Assembly (NCBI GenBank): GCA_965203445.1
Contig: OZ241883.1
Coordinates: forward strand, 608,001-672,000
From: Candidatus Oxydemutator sp.
Lineage (GTDB): Bacteria > Pseudomonadota > Gammaproteobacteria > Poriferisulfidales > Oxydemutatoraceae
Reading direction: 5' to 3'
DNA length: 64,000 nt
Positions 9,614 to 19,700 of this stretch are shown one piece after another. The notes under the pieces were generated by a model, which was not told where the DNA came from, did not search any database, and saw nothing but the letters and a program-made list of their open reading frames with translations. The translations under genes and the position numbers were made by a program. The first letter of the stretch is position 1, and every line of letters starts with the position of its first letter.

Positions 9614-9815
9614 ATCACTGGACCGCCGAGCGTTCACGCTTTCGCGCACTTTCCCGTGACCGGCGGCAACGCGTTGGGAGCAGTCGCTTGCGACAAGATG
9701 GATGCAGGTGCGCCCGATACGGACGGCACGTGCCTAAGGCCAGGGAAATGAGATACCATGCTAATAGGGAACTATAGGCTATATGCCCTGATCCATGAAA
9801 ATGGGCGATTGGGGA

Positions 9816-9824
9816 ATTATATCA
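9816..9824 (-). promoter_or_regulatory. Putative extended -10 promoter (TGATATAAT) for gene A
   Basis: Perfect TGnTATAAT in an AT-rich island, identical in the second intergenic copy; no good -35 at 17 bp spacing. Confidence 0.55.
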
Positions 9825-9906
9825 AGCAGTTAGATCAATTCCATTCCGACTCCTGACAAATAAATACAAGTTATTGTTCCCCCTTGCTTTTATAATCATT
9901 CCGGGA

Positions 9907-9925
9907 AATGACCAAGCCGGCCATT
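9907..9925 (-). terminator. Possible weak terminator or stabilising hairpin after the gene B stop
   Basis: AATGGCC-GGCTT-GGTCATT stem directly after TAG with only a short U run; pairing retained via G-U in copy 2. Confidence 0.25.
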
Positions 9926-9927
9926 GC

Positions 9928-10720
9928 CTAATGCACCGAAAACGTCCTGCGCCGACCCTTGTTCTCTATCACGAAATACCGATCGGCGGACAACACCTCG
10001 CCGTCAAAGTCCACGTCCGCGTCCACCGCGTAATGGCCGGCCGCGGCCGCGGCGCGGTAGTCGGCCACGCCCAGCGACGTCAGGTTGTACACGCGTATCA
10101 ATACCTCGTCTCGCTCATCAATCACGCCGTTTCGATCCACGTCGCCCGCGACCATCGCATACCTGCCTGCCCCCACTGCGATCTGCCCGTCCCCGTGCGA
10201 CTGCCCGACGCGAAAGTCCACGCAGTAGTCCGCCTCGCAATCGGCGCCCGTGGTCGCGGCCGCCGGCACCGCCGACATCACCGGCAGATGGTTGCGGTGG
10301 TGGATCAGCACGTACAGGTGCTCGCCTTCGGGCGGCTTCAGCTCAAAGCGCACGCCGTCCAATGACAGCGCGTCCGCCACCGACGACGCCGCCTCGTTTA
10401 TCCCGGCGATGCGACCGTCGCTCAACAGCAGACCCGCGGCGCGACCGCCCGTCGACGGCCGCGACGACGCGGCCGCGGTCGTGCTCTGGCCGGTGCGCAA
10501 CTCCACCAGCACCCAGTCCACTATCGTCGAGGTTACCCCGGCCAGGCCAACCGCCGCGCCCGCGTGCGGCACCGTCGTCGTCACCGGGTGCCCCCACGGC
10601 AACGCGCCGTACGGCTGGCGCCTCGGCAACAAGTTTGCCAAGTCGCTCCTCATGCGGCGGGTTTCGGCAAGCAACGCCCCCTGCAAAACCACTCGCGCGT
10701 CCACCACTACGACCCTCTCG
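9928..10720 (-). other. Conserved C-terminal domain of B with dockerin/EF-hand-like Ca-binding loops
   Basis: VVLQG, QPY, VDWVLVELR, HHRNHL motifs, then GDVDRNGVIDERD and DADVDFDGEVLSAD. Confidence 0.65.
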
Positions 10721-13700
10721 CTGAAAATGCCGACGTCTGCGAACGACGGCGTTCCCAGCTCCGCTACATGGGTGACGCAATTCGGGCAGCCCGTCAGCCT
10801 CAAACGGAAGCGCTCGCGGCCCTCATTCTCCAACTGGTCGCTCGCCACGCGCACCGCTATCGTCGCCGTGCCCGTCTCATTCAACGTTACGCTCCCGGTG
10901 AACGGCAGCGAACCCACCGAGCGCGCGTCGGCGGCGCGCCCCGTTACGGTCACGGAAGCCAGGTCCTCGTGCGTCAAACCCCCGGAGGCGGCGGTAATCT
11001 CATATTCCACGACCACCGCCCGATCACCGCCGCCGCGCAGCGTGATCGTGAACGTCGCGGTAGTGTTTTCGCTCACCGTCGCGGACCTCGCCGCCACCGT
11101 TATCGGATCATTGACCGCTATCGTCGTGCGCGCGACGGTGCTCGGCACGCCCAAACGTACGTCAGCCGGCGCCCCCGTAAGCCTCGCGCTGCTCAACGTA
11201 ACCGCCAGCACCTCGGGCGGTTCGATAACGCCGTCGGCGCGCACCCTCAACACAAACGACGCGCTGGCGGCGCCGGCTGCGATGACCACGTTGCCCGCGG
11301 TGGTGCCGACAAAGTCGTCGGCGTCGACTTCGCCGCCCACCGCCCAGCTCCAACGCGCGCTCACCCCCGGCGGCAAGGCCTCCGGCAAGCGCACCACGTA
11401 ACTCGCGGTGCCACCTTCCACCACCACCGTGCTGCCGGCGAGCGTCGGCGCAAGAATTACCCGCGGCTGCGTCTGCTGCTGCGACGTGCGACGCGCCGCC
11501 TGCGTGTCGGTAGCGCCGCCGAACACCAACACCGGGTAATCGAACACGCCGCCGAAATCCCACGGCGCGTCGTCGTTGTAGTCGCCGTCGCGTCCCTGAT
11601 CCAGGCCGTCCACGTTCAATTTGTCCCAGCCCTCGTAGATGGTGCCCGCGGCCGTGGTCGGGACGCGCAACTGGTTCGACGTCTTCGAGGTGTTGTCCGG
11701 ACTCAGCACGTTCGATCCGCAGCAGTCACTTTGGACGCTGCGCTCTCGGTCAAAATAACTGGACTCCACCACGGCGCCGACCATCCTGTTCCCTATCAAG
11801 CCGCCGACTATGCCGCTCCCCGTCGGTTTGCCGACCGAGTAACTGGCGCTCACCACCGACGCGACACCGGCCTCGCCCACCAGACCGCCCGCGTTGGCTC
11901 CCTCTGCATGCACTTCCACGCCGGCGTAACTCGCTACCAACCCGCCGTAATTACCCCCTATCAAGCCACCCACCGCCCATACGCCGGATATGCGACCGCC
12001 ACTGACGTAACTCGCCACCACTTTGCCCTCGTTGCGGCCGACCAGCGCTCCTATATAAGTACTGTGATCACCCAGGGATATCCACGCGTCGCGCAAGCCC
12101 ACGTTGCGGACCGTGCCAACGGCGCCGACGGCGCCGAACAAGCCCGCGTGAGACAGCCGTCCACCCCTGACCACCCGCAGATTGCTGATGACGTGGCCGT
12201 TGCCTTCAAAAACCGCGGTGTAATAATTATCCAGAAGGCTGTCCCCTCCCCCGCCCAGCGGCGTCCAGCCCGCGCCCGGGGCCGGGTTCACGCTGGACAA
12301 ATCCAGGTCGGCCGATAACTCGTAGCCGGTGCACGTGCTCGGACAGGTCTGCTTCGCGTCGAAAAAGGGAAACGCCGCGAAATAAGCGAGTCTGTTCGCC
12401 TTGCCCACCACGCCCGCTATCCCGGCACCGCCCAGGTCATAGCGGATTGCCGCCAACTGCGACGTCGTCGCCACGTCTATCAAGGTGTCGTTGTCGTCGT
12501 CGTAGTCGGTGCCGTCGCTCAACTCGATCGTGGTCCTGATGGAAACCGGCCCGCCTATACTCACGTCCGCGGGCACCCCCGTGAGCCTCGCGTCCGTCAA
12601 CGTTACCACCAGAACCTCGGACAACTCGGGCTCGCCGTCAGCGCGCACTATCAACAAAAACGACGCACTGCTCGCGCCGGCTTCGATGACCACGCTGCCT
12701 GCGGTCGTGCCGACAAAGTCGTCGGCGTCGACTTCGCCGCCGCCCACCGCCCAGCTCCAACTCGCGCGCGCCCCCGCCGGCAAGGCCCCCGGCAAGCGCA
12801 CCACGTAACTCGCGGTGCCACCTTCCGACACCACCGTGCTCCCGGTGAGCGTCGGCGCAAAATCTACCTCCGGCTGCGCCTGCTGCTGCGACGTGCGACG
12901 CGCCGCCTGCGTCTCGGTAGCGCCGCCGAACACCAGCACCGGATAATCAAACGCGCCGCCGAAATCCCACGGCGCGTCGTCGTTGTAGTCGCCGTCGCGT
13001 CCCTGATCCAGGCCGTCCACGTTCAACCGGTCCCAACCCTCGTAGATGGTGCCCGCGGCCGCGGTCGGGGCGCGCAACTGAGCGGAAGTCCTGGGCGCGT
13101 CGTCCGTGGCCGGCACATGGCTGCCGCAACAATCGGACTGACCGCTGCGCCCTTCGTCAAAATAGCTTACCTGTATCGTACCGGAACTATGATCCCCCAC
13201 CAGACCGCCGGATGGAAATCCCGACGGGCTGCCGCCGTCCCCGGTCAGCCTCGAAACCGCGTAGCTGGCGCTGACTATGCCCCCCTTCGAAACGCCGCCT
13301 ATCAACCCCCCCACGCTTTCCCCTGGCGACCGCTGATTCACCGGCACGTCCGTATAACTGGCAATCACGACGCCCCCGTCCAATTTGCCCACCAGACCGC
13401 CCAAGGCCCAACCACCGTGCACTTGTCTGACGTCGCCCACCACGTAACACGCCGCCACTTTGCCCGCGTTGTACCCCGCCAGCGCGCCCGCCCCTATACT
13501 TCCGCCGGGCACGTCCGTATGCACGTTGTTCAAACCCACGTTGCGGATCCTGCCTGTGACGCCCACGGCACCAAAAAAGCCCACGCTATCGAAGCGGGCG
13601 GCTCCATTGTTTGCGCTGCGGATCGTTACATTGCTGATAACGTGGCCGTTGCCTTCAAAAACGGCCTGGTAACGCCGCTCCGGGGGAACGTAGTTCCAGG

Positions 13701-16700
13701 GAGCCTGTGTAATCCCCCCGCCTATCGGCTCCCAGTTCGGTATGCTGGACAGATCCAGGTCGGCCGACAACTCGTAGCCGGTGCACGTGGTAGGACAGGT
13801 CTGCAACTGACCGAAAACGGGAAACGCATCCAGATATTCGTCCCTGTTCGCATCGCCGCTCACGCCCGTCAGCCCGGCGCCGCCCAGGTCGTGGCGGATC
13901 GCCGCCAACTGCGACGTCGTCGCCACCTCTATCAAGGTGTCATTGTCGAGGTCGTAGTCCACCTCGTCGCTCGCCTCGATGATGGTCATCACGGAAACCG
14001 GCACGCCTAAACGCGCACGCGCGGGCGCCCCCGTCGGCATCGCGCTGCTCAACGTTACCACCATGACCTCGGAAAACTCAGGGATAGCGTCATCAAACAC
14101 CTCCACCGAAAACGACGCGCTGACGGCGCCGGAACCGATGACTACGACGCCGGTCGTGCCAACGAAGTCGGCGATACTAACCTCGTCGCCGCCCACGACC
14201 CAATCCCAACTCACGGTCGCCCCCGCCGGCAAGACCTCCGGCAAACTCACCACGTAACTCGCCGCCTCGCCTTCCGACACCGTCACGCTCCCGGTGAGCG
14301 TCGCCGCAAGAATTACTTGCGGCTGCGCCTGCTGCTGCGACGTACGGCGCATCGCCATAGTCTCGGTAGCGCCGCCGAACACCAGCACCGGATAATCAAA
14401 CACGGTGCCGAAATCCCACGGCGCGTCGTCGTTATAGTCGCCGTCGTCTCCCTGATCCACGTCGTCCACGTGCAACTTGTCCCAACCCGCGTAGAGGGTG
14501 CCCACCGCGGTGGTCGGGGCGCGTAACTGGTGTGACGCCCTCGATCCGCAGCAACCACTCTGGCGACTGCGCTCCCGGTCAAAATAACTGGACTCCACCA
14601 CGGCGCCGGCCACCCGGTTCCCTATCAAACCGCCAATCGGGTAAATCCCCGTCACTCTCCCGACCGAGTAGCTGGCGCTCACCACCGACGCGCCACCGGC
14701 TTCGCCTATCAGACCGCCCACGTTAGCTCCATCTGCACGCACTTCCACGTCGGCGTAACTCGCCACCAGCCTGCCGGCGTAATGACCCCCTATCAAACCG
14801 CCCACCCCCGCATTGCCGGATACGCGACCGCCAATGACGTAACTCGCCAACACTTCGCCCTCGTTGTCTCCCACCAGCGCACCTATAAACAAGCTATCAC
14901 CACCCATTTCCACCCGCGCGTTGTGCAAGCCCACGTTGCGGATCACGCCGCCGGCGCCCACCCTGCCGAACAAACCTATCTGCCACTCCCCGTCCCTGGC
15001 CACCCGCAAATTGCGGATGACGTGGCCGTTGCCTTCAAAAACGGCGGTGTAAGCATCCCCCGGCACGGCACGCGGAACCCCCCCGCCCAGCGGCGTCCAG
15101 CCTGGGCCCGGGGCCGGGTTCACACTGGACAGATCCAGGTCGGCCGACAACTCGTAGCCGGCGCACGTGCCCGGGCAGGTGCGCGTCTCGTCGTAACGGG
15201 GAAACGCCGCCAGATAAGCCCGATAAGCGGCCTCGTTGGCACTGCTCACGCCCGCCAGCCCGGCACCGCCCAGGTCGTGGCGGATCGCCGCCAACTGCGA
15301 CGTCGTCGCCACCTCTATCAAGTTGTCGTCGTCGGCGTCGTAGTCTATCTGGTCGCTCGCCTCGATGGCGGTCATCACGGGAACCGGCACACCCAAACTC
15401 ACGCGCGCGGGCACCCCCGTGAGCCTCGCGCCCGCCAACGAGATCACCAGAACCTCGGAAGGCTCGGGGGCGTCGTCATCGAGCACCGTCACCGAAAACG
15501 ACGCGCTGACGGCACCCGAGGCGATGGCCACGTTGCCGGTCGTGCCGACAAAGTCGTCGGCGTCGACGTCGCCGCCCACCGACCAATCCCAACTCGCGCG
15601 CACCCCCGCCGGCAAGACCAGCGGCAAGCGCACCACGTAACTCGCGGTGCCGCCTTCCGACGTGGTCTCGCTGCCGGTGAGCACCGGCGTAAGAATTACC
15701 CTCTGCGCCTCCTGCTGCGACGTGCGGCGCATCGCCCTGGTTTCGGTAGCGCCGCCGAACACCAGCACCGGGTAATCAAACACGCCGCCGAAATCCCACG
15801 GCGCGTCGTCGTTCAAATCGCCGTCGTCCGCCCGAGCCACGCCGTCCACGTTCAACCTGTCCCAACCCGCGTAGAGGGTGCCCGCGGCGGTGGTCGGGAC
15901 GTGCAACTGGTGCGACGGCCTCGAAGTGTCGTCCGGACTCAGCGGATGCAATCCACAGCAACGACTCAAGCCGCTGCGCTGGCCGTCAAAATAACTTGAT
16001 TCCATCACGGCGCGGATGTGCCTGCTCCCTGTCAAACCGCCAACCGCGTTGCGCCCCGTCAGGGTGCCGACGAAGTAACTGGCGCTCGTCACCGACCCGT
16101 AACCGGCTTGGCCTACCAGACCGCCCACGTCTACATCGGCATGCACGTCCACCGCGGCGTAACTCGCCACCAGCCTGCCGCCGCGATGATCCCCTATCAA
16201 GCCGCCCACGCTGTCCACCGAGGGTCCGCCTATGCGACCGCCAATGACGTAACTCGCCGCCACTTCGCCCAGATTGAACCCCACCAGCGCACCTATACCT
16301 CGGCCATCATTACTCAGACTCACCCGCGCGTTGCGCAAGCCCACGTTGCGGATCCTGCCGTCGGCACCCACGGCGCCGAACAAACCCATGCTAAGCGACT
16401 GCCTGTCCCTGACCATCCGCAGATTGCTGATGACGTGGCCGTTGCCCTCGAAAACAGCGGTGTAGCGCTCCTGTCCTAGAAGATCCCTGATACGGCTGAC
16501 CTCGCCGCCTATCGGCGTCCAGCCTGGGCCCGGGGCCGGGTTCACGCTGGACAGATCCAGGTCGGCCGACAACTCGTAGCCGGTGCACGTGCTCGGACAG
16601 GTCTGCGGCGCGCCGAAAAGGGGAAACGCCGCAAAATAAGCGGATTTGTTAGTCTTGCTCACGCCCGCTATCCCGGCACCGCCCAGGTCGTAGCGGATCG

Positions 16701-19700
16701 CCGCCAACTGCGACGTCGTCGCCACCTCTATCAGGGTGTCGTCGTCCTCGTCGTAGTCTATCCCGTCGCTGAACTCGATCGTGGTGCTGACGGGAAGCGG
16801 CACGCCCAAACCCACGCCCTGCGGCGCCCCCGCGAGCCTCGCGTTGCTCAACGCAACCACCATGACCTCGGGCATCTCGATCTCGCCGTCGGCGCGCACC
16901 CTCAACACAAACGACGCGCTGGCGGCGCCGGCTGCGATGACCACGCTGCCTACGGTGGTGCCGACAAAGTCGTCGGCGTCGACTTCGCCGCCGCCCACCG
17001 CCCAGCTCCAACGCGCGCTCGCCCCCGCCGGCAAGGCCGCCGGAAAGCGCACCACGTAACTCGCGATCCCACCTTCCGGCCCCGTCGCACTGCCGGCGAG
17101 CGTCGGCGTAAGAATTACCTCCGGCCGCGCCTGCTGCTGCGACGTGCGACGCATCGCCTCGGTCTCGGTAGCGCCGCCGAACACCAGCACCGGGTAATCA
17201 AACACGCTGCCGAAATCCCACGGTGCGTCGTCGTTCAAGTCGCCGTCGCGTCCCTGATCCACGTCGTCCACGTTCAACTTGTCCCAACCCGCGTAGATGG
17301 TGTCCGTCACCGTGGTGGGAAAAAGCAACTCGGTCGACGTCTTCGATGTGTTGTCCGGACTCGGCGAATTCCTTCCGCAGCATCTGCTCTGGCCGCTGCG
17401 CTCTTTGTCAAAATAACTGGACTCCACCACGGAACCGGTAACCCTGCTCCCTATCAAACCATTGGCCGATGCCCCCGTCGGTCTGCCGATGGAGTAACTG
17501 GCTGTCACCGCCCCCTCGGAGTGGTCTGAACCCACGAGGCCGCCCGCGTTCGCCCCACCTGCATGCACTTCCACGTCGGCGTAACTCGCCACCACCTCAC
17601 CGCCATTGATTCCTATCAAGCCGCCCACCGAGATTCCGCCGGATATGCGACCGCCACTGACGTAACTCGCCGCCACTTTGCCCTGGTTGGTTCCCACCAG
17701 CGCACCGGCACCCTCGCTATCACGACCCAGGCTCATCCGCGCGTTACGCAAGCCCACGTTGCGGATCCTGCCGCCGAGGCCCACGTTGCCGAACAAACCC
17801 ACGTGAAACCATCGTTCATGTACGTTCCTCACCACCCGCAGATTGCTGATGACGTGGCCGTTGCCTTCAAAAACCGCGGTGTAAACATCCCCCGGAAGGT
17901 CTTCCAGCCTGACGCCCCCGCCTAGCGGCGTCCAGTCCGGGATGCCGGACAAGTCCAGGTCGGCCGACAACTCGTAGCCGGTGCACGTGCCCGGACAGGT
18001 CTCCATCTCGTTGTAATGGGGAAACGCCGCCCGATAAGCCCGATAAGCGGCCTCGTTCGCACTGCTCACGCCCGCCAACCCGTCACCGCCCAGGTCGTGG
18101 CGGATCGCCGCCAACTGCGACGTCGTCGCCACCTCTATCAAGGTGTCATTGTCAAGGTCGTAGTCCATCTGGTCGCTCGCCTCGATCGTGGTCATCACGG
18201 AAACCGGCACGCCTAAACGCGCACGCGCGGGCGCCCCCGTCGGCATCGCGCTGCTCAACGTTACCACCATGACCTCGGACAACTCGGTCACGGCGTCTGC
18301 GCGCACTGCCACCGAAAACGACGCGCTGACGGCACCGGACGGGATGACCACGCTGCCTGTCGTGCCGACAAAGTCGGCGATGCTGACCTCGTCGCCGCCC
18401 ACGACCCAATCCCAACGCACGCTCGCCCCCGTCGGCAAGACCTCCGGCAAACTCACCACGTAACTCGCCGCCTCGCCTTCCGACACCGTCACGCTCCCGG
18501 TGAGCGTCGCCGCAAGAATTACCTGCGGCTGCGCCTGCTGCTGCGACGTGCGGCGCATCGCCCTAGTCTCGGTAGCGCCGCCGAACACCAGCACCGGATA
18601 ATCAAACACGGTGCCGAAATCCCACGGCGCGTCGTCGTTCAGATCGCCGCCGCCCGCCCGAGCCACGTCGTCCACGTTCAACTGGTCCCAACCCGCGTAG
18701 AGGGTGCCCGCGGCCGTGGTCGGGACGCGCAACTGGCTCGACGTCTTCGAGGTGTCGTCCGGACTCGGCGGATTCACTCCGCAGCAACGACTCAGGCCGC
18801 TGCGCTCGCCGTCAAAATAACTTGATTCCACCACGACGTCGCGATGAGCGATCCCTATCAAACCGCCGACCGTGCCACCCGTCAGTCTGCCGACCGAGTA
18901 ACTGGCGCTCACCACCGACGCGGCGCCGACTTCGCCTATCAGACCGCCCGCGCCACTTGCATTTGTATGCACTTCCACGTCGGCGTAACTCGCCACCAGA
19001 CTGCCGAAATGACCCCCTATCAAACCGCCCACCTCAAATACGCCGGATATGCGACCGCCGATGACGTAACTCGCCGCCACTTTGCCCAGGTTGATTCCCA
19101 CCAGCGCACCGGCAAATCGGCCGCCACTACCCAGGCTCACCTGCGCGTTGCGCAAGCCCACGTTGCGGATCCTGCCGTCGCGACCCACGGTGCCGAACAA
19201 ACCCATGCTGAACCAATGCCCGTCCCTGACCATCCGCAGATTGCTGATGACGTGGCCGTTGCCCTCAAAAACAGCGGTGTAGATCCCCCCCAGAAGCTCC
19301 CCGAAACTGCTGACCCCGCCGCCCAGCGGCGTCCAGCCCGGGCCCGGGGCCGGGTTCACGCTGGACAGATCCAGGTCGGCCGACAACTCGTAGCCGGTGC
19401 ACGTGCCCGGACAGGTCTCCATCTCGTCGTACAGGGGAAACGCCGCCAGATAAGCCCGATAAGCGGCCTCGTTGGCACTGCTCACGCCCGCCAGCCCGGC
19501 GCCGCCCAGGTCGTAGCGGATCGCCGACAACTGCGACGTCGTCGCCACCTCTATCAGGGTGTCGTCGTCGAGGTCGTAGTCTATCTCGCCTCTCGCCTCG
19601 ATGGTGGTCCTGACGGAAACCGGCACGCCTAAACTCACGCGCGCGGGCGCCCCCGTGAGCATCGCGTCGCTCAACGCGACCACCATGACCTCGGACAACT

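Larger units (their letters stand above)
9420..11150. repeat. Gene-junction duplication, copy 1 (A N-terminus, intergenic block, B C-terminus)
   Basis: Aligns by eye to ~36777-38510 at an offset of 27,357 bp (stop codons at 9928 and 37285) with scattered substitutions and small indels. Confidence 0.9.

Noticed and set aside
1-9615. Gene A as a pseudogene
   Set aside because: The only lesion seen is the homopolymer length, and the frame is consistent from 9587 to the window edge.
9891-9896. + strand TATAAT (also at 37248-37253) as an antisense promoter
   Set aside because: No -35 at proper spacing and no TG extension; it lies in an AT-rich stretch where chance matches are likely.
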